A DNA stretch of 64,000 bases from Kiritimatiellia bacterium (lineage in GTDB: Bacteria > Verrucomicrobiota > Kiritimatiellia > RFP12 > UBA3636), in assembly GCA_017481725.1 (NCBI GenBank), contig JAFUOX010000051.1, positions 7,638 through 71,637 on the forward strand. Direction: 5' to 3'. Shown one piece after another: positions 29,030 through 38,146 of this stretch (positions are counted from its first letter, which is position 1; each line of letters starts with the position of its first letter). The translations under genes and the position numbers were made by a program. The notes beneath the pieces were generated by a model. It saw only the letters and a program-made list of their open reading frames with translations. It was not told where the DNA came from and did not search any database.

Positions 29030-31882
29030 TTATTGCAGGCGACCTCTAATTTCAACGATTTCAACAAGTGCTTGTATGCGCTTTCTCTCTGCGTCAATCG
29101 CTGCAGCAACTTGAAGATTATTCGCTTTTGTTTCTTCACTAACCTGCTTATTCAATTCAGCAACATATTCATCAACATAAGAGATTAAGGCAATATCAAT
29201 TTTACGATTTTCTTCATGCTCTCGTGCAATAAATTGCTTAGTTAAGCTATTTAATTCTGGTGATGCTTCATTTACAATAATCACCTGATTTTGTACAAAG
29301 CGCTCATGCTCCTTAGCAATTACACTAACGCCATCAAAATCGCCTGCTTCCCTACGATTTACAAGTAAAACATCTAACGCCTTAATATAATCAACACAGC
29401 GATCCTGCTCTTTAAGCTTCCTTTGAGAGGTAAACTCTTGCATCTTACTCTCAAAAGCATTACGTTTATTTGCAATAATATGCATTATCTGCTCATTGCT
29501 AGAATCGGATAAATACATGGTACTTGCCATGTCTGGATGTTTTTTATCAAACTCATTAATGTAAGATTCTGCAGAAACATAAAATGAGCTAGTTTTAACA
29601 ATCCTTTTGACTTTATGATAAGCTTCAGCATCTGCCATCAGCATTTCTGATTCTTTAGCATTACCAGTCCCTTCAGCACTAGAGCTTTTACGCATTAGCT
29701 CTTTAACTGTTTTATCTAATGCATCCAGCTTCTTATTAGAAAGACTAATATAATCCTTATAAATTACAGCCAAGCTTGTGTCTCGCTTTAAAATATAAGC
29801 CTTTTGTAGACTTATAATTCTATGTGCAGCTTCTTGATTTGATGATATAAGCTCTATCTTTTCAGGGTTAGATTTAAAACGATTTAATTCATTACGAACC
29901 AAAACCCAAGCTTCCATATTTGCCTCGTTTTTAAACTCATCAGAAAGTTTAGACATAGCATCAATATAATCGTTTTGTAATTCTTTAACTCTGCTATTGT
30001 ATGTACCTTGGTATTCCTTTTGAATCTTATCAAATTCTTTTTGTAGTTCAGAAGCATTTTCACCAAGCTTTTCATTAGAAGCAACATTTATTGAAGGAGT
30101 ATCAGAATTTGTAGAAAACACCTCAGCAATACTTGTTGTGCCTAACACCTGAGCCATTGACTCCATTGGTCTTGAAATATGCAGTGCTCGAACAAGCAAA
30201 TTTGCAGGATACCAAGCTACACGAGCAATACCATTAGGTAAATATGCCACTGCTACTGGTAAAAGAAGAAAATAAAGCAGCACTACTCCTAAAAAAACAG
30301 GATAGCGACGAAGCCGTTTTTTACGCAAATGTTTTTTATATAGATTCTCTAATCTACACTGCTCAAGACCATTTGCAGAGCCTTCAGTTGCCTTAATTGT
30401 TGATAAGAGAGAATATCCAAAGCTCCAATCATTTAAAGAGAATGCTCTTGCAACGCGAGATAAATCCCTTCGTTGCTTTAGCTTTCCAAACTCAGAAAGC
30501 TCTGTTTCATAAGCCTCTTGAGAGAAAGAGATAGAACGAAATTCCTTAATAAAGCGCTCCGCCCTTTCATAATTCTCTGCATTAATCTCCATAGAAATGA
30601 TTTCTGCAAGCTCTTTGCGGCGTTCATGCTTCTTTTTTGCTTCTGTGTAAATTTGGTTCAACTCATCAATTAATTTTCTACCATTGGGTCCAATTGGGTC
30701 AAAATTAAGAGGTTTAGAATTATTTATTAAAACACTTTCATACTGTGCAGTAGCAAGTGCAGAGCGAGCCTCATCTAAAGCCAATTGAACGCGCTCATAT
30801 TCCTTACAATTTGCACCACATGCACTACAGAACATAACTCCAAAATGATTTGGAGCACCACATTCTGGGCATACCGTGCCACCATCCCAGCCGCAGCTAC
30901 CGCAATAACGCGTTGCCAATGGATTGATAGTATCACACCATTTACAGCGCCAAGTTGTTTTTACAGTTGGATGATCATTATGTGAAGCAGATTTACATTG
31001 AATCAATGCTGCAATAAATGCCTCTACTGTTGACCAACGTTGCTCTCGATTAGTGGCCAATGCCTTAACAATTACTGGACGAATTTTTTCAGCTATATCA
31101 TCCTCACGGAAGAAGCGTGGATTTTTACCAGTTAAAATATAGTATAAAATTGCTCCTAGTCCATAAATATCTGCACGCTCATCTGTTGTGCTAGCATCCT
31201 GTTCTTGCTCTGGTGCACCATAACCAAGAGATATAAATTTATCGCCCTTAACTGTTAAAGAGCTAGGTGCTATATCAACATGTGTAATACGGGCAAGCCC
31301 AAAATCAACAATCTTAGGGAAATGAGAAATATCTATAAGAATATTTGTTGGTTTTAAATCACGATGTATAACACCAGAGGCATGTGCGGCAGCAACAGCA
31401 CCACCAATTTTAGCCATAAAATCAATGGCCTCTTCAACACTCATCACCCCATTGGTTGCAATATATTGCTCAAGTGTTTGAGGTGGATTTGGCTGGTTTG
31501 GATGCTCTGGATCTGCAACCGCCCCTTCAATATACTCCATAACAAAATATGGACCATCATTATCCTCTCCAATGAAGTATATATGAACAATATTGGCATT
31601 ATTTAATGAGGCAACAGCCTTTGCCTCATGAAGAAAACGTTTGCGGATTTGTGAATCTACAAGAAATTGTGGTTTTAAGCGTTTGATTGCTACATAACGA
31701 TTTAAACGGATATCCTTTGCGAGGTATACCACACCCATACCTCCATCTCCAACCTTGCTTTTAATCGCAAAGAAGTCTTCAAGCTTATCCATTCCAGATG
31801 AGCTCTCAGGATGAACATTAGAGGCAGAAATAATTTCTGTCTCTACATTTGAAAGAATTTCGGTTTTTTCGTTTGTTGGCAT
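29030..31882 (-). CDS. Ser/Thr protein kinase with a double zinc ribbon, one TM helix and a large helical C-terminal domain
   Basis: 950 aa. Kinase motifs GDGGMGVVYLA, AIKRL, HRDLKPTNILI, DFGLA, GAPE. Then CKWCDTINPLATRYCGSCG...CPECGAPNHFGVMFCSACG. TM helix YPVFLGVVLLYFLLLPVAVAYL. Confidence 0.9.
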   Translation of the reverse strand: MPTNEKTEILSNVETEIISASNVHPESSSGMDKLEDFFAIKSKVGDGGMGVVYLAKDIRLNRYVAIKRLKPQFLVDSQIRKRFLHEAKAVASLNNANIVHIYFIGEDNDGPYFVMEYIEGAVADPEHPNQPNPPQTLEQYIATNGVMSVEEAIDFMAKIGGAVAAAHASGVIHRDLKPTNILIDISHFPKIVDFGLARITHVDIAPSSLTVKGDKFISLGYGAPEQEQDASTTDERADIYGLGAILYYILTGKNPRFFREDDIAEKIRPVIVKALATNREQRWSTVEAFIAALIQCKSASHNDHPTVKTTWRCKWCDTINPLATRYCGSCGWDGGTVCPECGAPNHFGVMFCSACGANCKEYERVQLALDEARSALATAQYESVLINNSKPLNFDPIGPNGRKLIDELNQIYTEAKKKHERRKELAEIISMEINAENYERAERFIKEFRSISFSQEAYETELSEFGKLKQRRDLSRVARAFSLNDWSFGYSLLSTIKATEGSANGLEQCRLENLYKKHLRKKRLRRYPVFLGVVLLYFLLLPVAVAYLPNGIARVAWYPANLLVRALHISRPMESMAQVLGTTSIAEVFSTNSDTPSINVASNEKLGENASELQKEFDKIQKEYQGTYNSRVKELQNDYIDAMSKLSDEFKNEANMEAWVLVRNELNRFKSNPEKIELISSNQEAAHRIISLQKAYILKRDTSLAVIYKDYISLSNKKLDALDKTVKELMRKSSSAEGTGNAKESEMLMADAEAYHKVKRIVKTSSFYVSAESYINEFDKKHPDMASTMYLSDSSNEQIMHIIANKRNAFESKMQEFTSQRKLKEQDRCVDYIKALDVLLVNRREAGDFDGVSVIAKEHERFVQNQVIIVNEASPELNSLTKQFIAREHEENRKIDIALISYVDEYVAELNKQVSEETKANNLQVAAAIDAERKRIQALVEIVEIRGRLQ

Positions 31883-31932
31883 TTTAGTATGTACAGCATA
31901 TGCTTTTTAACATACGCAATAATTTTTTTTAT

Positions 31933-31973
31933 AAATAAAAGCAAGGTAGAGAGGACAAAACCACTCTACCTTG
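31933..31973 (-). terminator. Rho-independent terminator after the TPR-like gene
   Basis: Minus strand reads CAAGGTAGAG-(12-nt loop)-CTCTACCTTG followed by CTTTTATTTAT. Confidence 0.6.
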
Positions 31974-31994
31974 TAACAAAATGACTTTATACTA

Positions 31995-33566
31995 TTACTT
32001 TAGCTCTTCAAGGCTCTGCTCAAGGTAATCTGCGGTTGCCTTACCATAGGTATTGCTTTCCTTTGCTTTGGTAAAGGCTTCCTTTGCCTTTGCAATAGAA
32101 GCAGCAATTTCTTCTGCTGGTTTTCCTGCTTCCTTTTGAATATCAGCAATTCTCTTGTAATTTTTGCCAGCTACAGAATCCTTTGTATAAACAATATCGC
32201 TAGTTGGATCTGGCATTGCTTCATCTTCTCCAGCAAGCAATAGCTCTACAAACAAAGAATACTGTTTAATTGCTTCATCAAAATTCTTTGCTTCATAAGC
32301 GCGATCTGCCTTTGTTTTAGCAATTGTCATTTTAATCCAAGCTTCATCTCGTTCAGGAACACCCTGCTCAAGCATTGCAATAACCTTATCGTAATTCTTG
32401 GTCAAGAAATAACCATCAAGAAGATTCATTCGTAGAAGATTGGCCAAGCCCTCATCATCAGTTGCCAATTTTGGGAAAAGCTCTTCTCCAAATTTACATA
32501 CCTCTGCAAGCACCTTTGCATCATTAACAATATCGAAGAAATATGATGAGAAAATACGATATAGTTCACGAGGTGAATAGCCTAAATCCTTTAGTTTTGC
32601 AAGGCGAGCAGGATACCATGTAATATCATTTTTTAGGATAGGAATACCAGCCCATTCACGAGCAGCATACATTCTTGTGCGTGGGTAAGTATCAGGAGAT
32701 AGCTCCATCACAATAGTAAATAGAAGCATTTCTGTTTTATCTAATTTACCAGTTGCCTTTGTTTTCTTTACTATCTTATTTATCTCTTGTTGAACGATAG
32801 AATCATCGACAAACTTTAATGCCTCAGGCAATAAGGCATTAACAATATCCCAGTCTCCATTAATGTACTGCTTATGAAGTTCAGCAAATACCTTACCTCC
32901 ATTTACCCAGTTACTATCTTGATCTAGCTTGGAAAATACAGCAGCAAATTTGTCAATCAAAGGAAGATCGCTCTGCTTCTCAAAAGACATAATTGTTGCA
33001 AAAACATTACGAGCGATTACCTCGGTTGAGAAAACAGTAGAATATTTATCTAGAATATTTGAGATTTCCTCAAAGTTTCCTGCAGAACGCTGCATATCAA
33101 CAACCCAATTAAAGGCAACCTGTCTAAGCTCAACGCTAATTGGCTGCTCAAGAAGAATTGTTGCCCATTTCAATGCTTTTTCTTGTTCATTAGCATACAA
33201 GTATGAGCTATAAATAATTTCAAAGCCTTGACCGCCTAGCTCTTCGTTTGTACGAATAAGGCTCAAAAACTTCTCTTCTGCCTTTGAAGACTCACCAATA
33301 AAGCAAAGGTAGCTTATATAATTCAAGAACAAGCGTGGATTTGCTTTACCAATCTTTTCGTCAACAAGGCCAGCCTCAAAAGCAACTGTTGCCTCATTAG
33401 TTTTTCCTGTGGTTAGCAAGTCTTCAATATTATAGAAAAACTCATAAATTGCTTCATCATTATTTACAACAGCTGTTTCCTCTGCTGGAGCAACAGATTC
33501 TGCAAGTGCAGCACTAATACAAACTACACCAATTGCAGCACTAGTTAATGCCTTATAAAATTTCAT
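31995..33566 (-). CDS. Secreted all-helical (TPR-like) repeat protein
   Basis: 523 aa. Signal peptide MKFYKALTSAAIGVVCISAALA. Helical-repeat character with TPR-like A..Y..A spacing. Function unknown. Confidence 0.55.
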   Translation of the reverse strand: MKFYKALTSAAIGVVCISAALAESVAPAEETAVVNNDEAIYEFFYNIEDLLTTGKTNEATVAFEAGLVDEKIGKANPRLFLNYISYLCFIGESSKAEEKFLSLIRTNEELGGQGFEIIYSSYLYANEQEKALKWATILLEQPISVELRQVAFNWVVDMQRSAGNFEEISNILDKYSTVFSTEVIARNVFATIMSFEKQSDLPLIDKFAAVFSKLDQDSNWVNGGKVFAELHKQYINGDWDIVNALLPEALKFVDDSIVQQEINKIVKKTKATGKLDKTEMLLFTIVMELSPDTYPRTRMYAAREWAGIPILKNDITWYPARLAKLKDLGYSPRELYRIFSSYFFDIVNDAKVLAEVCKFGEELFPKLATDDEGLANLLRMNLLDGYFLTKNYDKVIAMLEQGVPERDEAWIKMTIAKTKADRAYEAKNFDEAIKQYSLFVELLLAGEDEAMPDPTSDIVYTKDSVAGKNYKRIADIQKEAGKPAEEIAASIAKAKEAFTKAKESNTYGKATADYLEQSLEELK

Positions 33567-33595
33567 TTTAATACCCTCTTACTTAAGATAAATTA

Positions 33596-34522
33596 TTATT
33601 TAATTTCTTCTTTTGTTTTTTCAATAACAGTTGTTGCTGTTTTAATAAAACCTGAAATATTAGCCAAATCTGTTGGCATAATCATTGTATTATTAATCTT
33701 AGCAAGCTTACCAAATTCTGAGATATACTGCTCTGCTAGGCGTAGGTTCATTGCATCCTTACCACCTTCTGTTGTTGCAATTGCATTTGCAATTTCACGC
33801 AAACCATTTGCTGTTGCCTGAGCAATTAAAAGGATTTCTTGAGCACGACCATCAGCCTCATTAATACGGCGAGTACGCTCACCCTCTGACTTTGCGATAG
33901 CTTCCTGCTTCTCACCCTCAGCACGATTAATGCGAGACTGGCGGTCACCTTCTGATTCAGCAATTGCTGCACGCTTCTCACGCTCAGCACGCATTTGCTT
34001 CTCCATTGCATCTAGCACAGAGTGAGGAGGAGTAATTGTCTTAATCTCATAACGCTTAATTTTTACACCCCATGGATCTGAAGCCAAATCAACCTCGTGG
34101 CAAACTGCCTCATTAATTGTTGCACGCTCTTCAAATGTTTTATCAAGCTCTAGCTTACCAACCTCTGAACGAAGAGTTGTTTGAGCTAGCTGTGTACATG
34201 CAAAAAGATAATTCTCAATACCATAAGAAGCCTTAAATGCATCAGTCACCTGAAGATAAAGCACACCATCAATTTCAACCATGATATTATCACGTGTGAC
34301 ACACTGCTGTGGTGGAACATCTATTGCCATTTCCTTCATATCGCGCTTATACTTAATCGCATCTACAAAAGGAACAAGAAAATGCAAGCCTCCTTTAAGA
34401 GTTGTTTGATACTTTCCCAAACGCTCAACAATCCATTCCTCCTTTTGAGGAACAACGCGAGCTGTTTTATAAACTGTTACACAAACAGCAATTAAAAGAA
34501 TTAAAAATATTACAGAACCCAT
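33596..34522 (-). CDS. SPFH/band-7 (stomatin-like) membrane protein
   Basis: 308 aa. N-terminal TM, an SPFH core (VPQKEEWIVERLGKY...), and the Ala/Glu-rich repeat RAEREKRAAIAESEGDRQSRINRAEGEK. Confidence 0.9.
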   Translation of the reverse strand: MGSVIFLILLIAVCVTVYKTARVVPQKEEWIVERLGKYQTTLKGGLHFLVPFVDAIKYKRDMKEMAIDVPPQQCVTRDNIMVEIDGVLYLQVTDAFKASYGIENYLFACTQLAQTTLRSEVGKLELDKTFEERATINEAVCHEVDLASDPWGVKIKRYEIKTITPPHSVLDAMEKQMRAEREKRAAIAESEGDRQSRINRAEGEKQEAIAKSEGERTRRINEADGRAQEILLIAQATANGLREIANAIATTEGGKDAMNLRLAEQYISEFGKLAKINNTMIMPTDLANISGFIKTATTVIEKTKEEIK

Positions 34523-34539
34523 AATAACACCTTTCTTTT

Positions 34540-35073
34540 TTATTTTTTGATTTTTTCGACTATTAAAGTTATATTTTCTCGTGCAACGACTCGAACCTCT
34601 TCACCTGCTGCTATTTCCTCATTTGAACGAGCTGTCCAATAAGAGCCCTCAAAGCGAACCTTACCACCAACTAAACCGGGCTTTATTGTTTCCTCAGTAA
34701 TAGCAATAGCATGAGAAAAATCATCGCAATCTGAATTAGCAACAGCCTTCTCTTTATTCCCTTTAAAAGCCTCTGGGAAAAATTTACGAGATGCATAAAT
34801 CACTGACACCGACAGAATTGTAAAAATAAATATCTGCCATCCCAATGCCATACTTGGGAAAATTGCAGTAACCAATCCCATAATAAGAGCTGCAGCCCCA
34901 AAAAAGCATATAACAAAGCCAGGCACGATAAATTCAGATAAGCATAGTATTATACCAAGTATAACCCAAAGATCCCACATAATATTATCAAACAAAAATC
35001 CAATATATGTCGACCGAAGCATATCTAAAAACTTATTGATAAAATCCATAAAGCTCTCCTTAAAAACATACAA
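34540..35073 (-). CDS. NfeD family membrane protein (partner of the SPFH protein)
   Basis: 177 aa. N-terminal TMs plus a C-terminal OB-fold motif G.V.F.G..W.A. Sits directly upstream of the SPFH gene, the canonical operon arrangement. Confidence 0.85.
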   Translation of the reverse strand: MYVFKESFMDFINKFLDMLRSTYIGFLFDNIMWDLWVILGIILCLSEFIVPGFVICFFGAAALIMGLVTAIFPSMALGWQIFIFTILSVSVIYASRKFFPEAFKGNKEKAVANSDCDDFSHAIAITEETIKPGLVGGKVRFEGSYWTARSNEEIAAGEEVRVVARENITLIVEKIKK

Positions 35074-35419
35074 TTACTTTTTCTATTCAATATGCCTTTA
35101 TTATCTCATAGTAACACTTAAATTGCAATAGAGAATTATTTGGGTAAAGCCAAGTTTTTGTCAGAGCAATTTTGATCGTTAGAAACAATTCCGCCCATCT
35201 ACCCTACTTTCTATATTTACCTTAGGATTAAGACTCCATCACAGGCCATTGAGCGGGTTGCTCATGACGTCAAAAGCACTAGCTCACACCCAATACCGGG
35301 ACACTAATGCATAAAAATAGCTTAAAATCAAGTATTTTTTCTTTTTTGTTTGACTCTAAGCATACTGATTTGTTAAAATTACAGACGTTTTTTATATTAT
35401 ATAAGGAAAGAGATTACCT

Positions 35420-36121
35420 ATGAGCATAATTGACAATTTATTAGCACTACAAAACCATGATGCAATTATCAGAAGCCTACAACAACAAATTAACGATATC
35501 CCTGTCCGCATAGAACAGGAAAAGCATCTTGAAACACGTGCTCATGAGGATTTAATCCGTGTAACAGATCAGCTAGCTTCTATCCAAACACAGCTTGATG
35601 AATTACTCGTTCGCCAAAGTGATACAATTGCAGCAATTGATAGCATGAATGCAGATATTGAAGTGGCAGTTGCAAGTCGTATAGCTGCACTAGAGGAGGC
35701 TGTTGGTTACAAGAAGCGCGATCTAATCACAATTGAAAGCAACATCGCCCACGCAAAAGAGAATCTAGCTCTAGCTGAGCAAGCTCGCACTAATTCTCAA
35801 AAGAAATATGCTGATGCTACTGCAAATGTAAAGGCTTATATTGAAAATATCAACAAGAAGACAGAGGAAGTTCAAGCAAAGCTTAGTGTTGCAGAAGAAG
35901 AGCGTAAGGCATTGGTTGAAGTATTTCAATCACCTATCGAGAAGCGTTATTTGGCTTACTATGAGCGTTTTAGCAAGCGCCGTTGGCCTGTAATTGCTCA
36001 TATTTCAAGCAACTCTGTTTGTGAAGGCTGCCACATGGCTCTACCACAAGCCAAACAGCAGGCAGTTCGTAAAGCAGAAGGCATTGTTACTTGCGACTAC
36101 TGTGGTCGCATAGTTTACTAA
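35420..36121 (+). CDS. Zinc-ribbon coiled-coil protein (COG1579/DUF164 type)
   Basis: 233 aa. Long coiled coil, then C-terminal CEGCHM...CDYCGRIVY. Confidence 0.8.
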   Translation: MSIIDNLLALQNHDAIIRSLQQQINDIPVRIEQEKHLETRAHEDLIRVTDQLASIQTQLDELLVRQSDTIAAIDSMNADIEVAVASRIAALEEAVGYKKRDLITIESNIAHAKENLALAEQARTNSQKKYADATANVKAYIENINKKTEEVQAKLSVAEEERKALVEVFQSPIEKRYLAYYERFSKRRWPVIAHISSNSVCEGCHMALPQAKQQAVRKAEGIVTCDYCGRIVY

Positions 36122-36149
36122 GCCAAGGACGATAGCTTAAGTTATTTTT

Positions 36150-36531
36150 GTCGGGCCTGTGAAGGACGAGTCGCTGGCAGCTATAGCTGCTGGAGGAAAG
36201 TCCGGACTCCACAGGGCAAGGTGTCCGGGTGTAATGCCTGGAAGGGTGCGAGTAAATCGCATCGATGGAAAGTGCCACAGAAAACAAACCGCCATCGGCA
36301 TTCCCGGTGGCAAGGGTGAAAAGGCGGTGTAAGAGACCACCGTAGCATGCAGAAATGCTTGCTGCAAGGCAAACCCCACTTGGAGCAATACCAAATAGGA
36401 GATGGCTTATTTGCTGCCCGTAGATTAGCTTAGCTTTGCTGAGCAGCCATTTCGGGTTGGTAGCGTTAGATGAATGACTCGAATTCTCAAAAAGAAAGAC
36501 AGAATCCGGCTTATGAATTCACAGGTTCGAC
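36150..36531 (+). ncRNA. rnpB: RNase P RNA, bacterial type A
   Basis: P4 strands GGAGGAAAGTCCGGACTCC and ACAGAATCCGGCTTA. Conserved AGTGCCACAGAAAACAAACCGCC. P1 pairs GTCGGGCCTGTGAA with TTCACAGGTTCGAC; P2 pairs CGAGTC with GACTCG; P3 hairpin CTGGCAGC-TATA-GCTGCTGG. Confidence 0.92.
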
Positions 36532-37433
36532 TTTATTTTATTTTAGCAAATGTAGCAATAGCAATCTCTTTGATGCTTGCTTGCTTCTTTGCCGTCCGCA
36601 GTTGGAGAAATGCTTCTGCTACTGAGAAATCATGCAGGAATGACATTTCTACAGTAAAAGCTCAATTCACCACACTACCTGAAGAAAACATTATTATTTC
36701 TGCTGCTGAGGTGATGACAGAGCTTCCTATACGTACATCAAGTGGTGAACTTTCAAAGCGTTTTAGACTTGCTGGCATTATTTTTGGCACACAAAATTTT
36801 GGTGCAATCAACCCACAAGCTATCATTGATGACAAGCAGCTTGTACGACAAAGTGTTGTAATGCGCGGTGATGAGGTTGTTTCTGGAATAACTGTTGTTG
36901 ACATCAAGCAATCCTCTATTATTTTAAGAGATGCAGTGGGAGAGGAAGAGCTTTTCCTTGAAAAGCGTAGCACATCCACTTCTACTACAAAAAACGAGAC
37001 CACTGAGAACCAAGCAGAAGAAACAGTGATTTCAAGAGAAGATGCAGCAAAGCGTTTTGGTGGTGTTGAGGTATTTCCAGGCCGTTGGGAATTTGATCGC
37101 AAGGTTGTAATGAACTATTATGACGAGCTTATGAACAACGGCGAACGTATGCTAACTATTTTTGACTCTATGGATCCTGTTTATGAGGTGGATGAAATTG
37201 GTGGTCGCAATATCACTGGCTATGAGGTTGGTGTTGAAGGCGAACAGGAATTCTTTATCGCAGCAGGCTTAGAGAATGGCGATATTGTACGTGCCGTAAA
37301 TTCTGTGCCAATGGCAAATCGTAGATTTGCTGAACGCTTTATCAAGGAATTTGTTAATGGGCAAACGGAAATGTTTGTTCTTGAGGTAGAGCGTGACGGC
37401 AAGGTTGAGAAAAAGGTTTACACTATCAAGTAA
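36513..37433 (+). CDS. GspC-like protein (N-terminal TM, HR-type domain, C-terminal PDZ-like domain)
   Basis: The track ORF starts at 36474, inside rnpB P2. The Met at 36513 (MNSQVRLYFILANVAIAISLMLACFF) is more plausible but still overlaps rnpB P1. HR-like segment FRLAGIIFG...VVMRGDEVVSGITVVDIKQSSIILRD; PDZ-like segment AAGLENGDIVRAVNSVPM. Confidence 0.55.
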   Translation: MNSQVRLYFILANVAIAISLMLACFFAVRSWRNASATEKSCRNDISTVKAQFTTLPEENIIISAAEVMTELPIRTSSGELSKRFRLAGIIFGTQNFGAINPQAIIDDKQLVRQSVVMRGDEVVSGITVVDIKQSSIILRDAVGEEELFLEKRSTSTSTTKNETTENQAEETVISREDAAKRFGGVEVFPGRWEFDRKVVMNYYDELMNNGERMLTIFDSMDPVYEVDEIGGRNITGYEVGVEGEQEFFIAAGLENGDIVRAVNSVPMANRRFAERFIKEFVNGQTEMFVLEVERDGKVEKKVYTIK

Positions 37434-37515
37434 AAGGTTATGGGCTGCTTAAGGCTCAGTGCTATAAAGCGCTTATAAATGAGCATAAAGCAGTGTTAGC
37501 GTCGCAGGCTCAAAC

Positions 37516-37765
37516 AGCGTGCTGGTGCACGTAAAGCGACTGGTAGTCGCTTCTCCATACTCTTTCAGCCCGCGAGCATGATGCACGTGACGCCAAAGGG
37601 ACGCAGAGACGCGGAGGCCGCAGAGGTCGCAGGGCTATGACGCTGCATAAAACACTAGCGGAATGAGCTTTGCCTTGGGTATTGCTACTCTTTCGAAGCA
37701 ATTTGGCAAATCTCATCCACTAGTGTGCTCGCCTAGAAGTTTATTAAGATGAGGAGGCGATGCAC
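37516..37765. repeat. G+C-rich composite intergenic repeat, copy 1 (hairpin module + 9-nt array + S module)
   Basis: 37516-37600 is a direct repeat of 38057-38143. 37577-37765 matches the reverse complement of 49888-50101 along its whole length (by-eye alignment, roughly 80-85% identity). Confidence 0.8.
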
Positions 37766-37795
37766 GAGAGATTCTTTTTTTATTAGAGAAGACTA

Positions 37796-37851
37796 GAAAG
37801 TTTGACAGTTTGATAGTTTGATAGTTTGCAAGTTTGACAGTTAGACAGAGA
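37796..37851. repeat. 8-nt periodic array (7 units, GNNAGTTT on the plus strand, equal to AAACTNNC on the minus strand)
   Basis: gaaagttt gacagttt gatagttt gatagttt gcaagttt gacagtta gacagaga. This is an inverted counterpart of 26349-26396. A second short 8-nt array (cagacatt tagacatt agaccatt) lies at 37965-37988. Confidence 0.75.
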
Positions 37852-38004
37852 AGATGAGGGTGGCAGAGCCGCCCGGTGTTGCTGGGGTTCAAGGTGGCAA
37901 GGTACCAAACTTTGCCTCCTTGAGCATCGCCAACAATCGCCAGCCCACAACCACAAATGATATTCAGACATTTAGACATTAGACCATTTTTTCTATCGCG
38001 TCTA

Positions 38005-38143
38005 ATCTCGTCCGCTGCGTCCTCCGCGTCGCAGCGTCCCATCTTCGCACTTTTGAAGCGTGCTGGTGCACGCAAAGGGGCTGAAGCCCCTTTCTCCGAT
38101 ATTTTCCAGCCTGCGTGTGTGGTGCACGTGACGCCGGTGGGGC
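38005..38143. repeat. G+C-rich composite intergenic repeat, copy 2 (9-nt array + hairpin module), abutting the birA stop codon
   Basis: Matches the reverse complement of 49760-49865 and is a direct repeat of 37516-37600. Contains hairpins GCGTGC-TGGT-GCACGC and GGGGC-TGAA-GCCCC. Confidence 0.8.
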
Positions 38144-38146
38144 GCA

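Noticed and set aside
36087-36512. Antisense ORFs (66, 85 and 63 aa) and the 36474 start of the 319-aa ORF
   Set aside because: All lie within the RNase P RNA gene, whose conserved P1-P4 elements are unambiguous.
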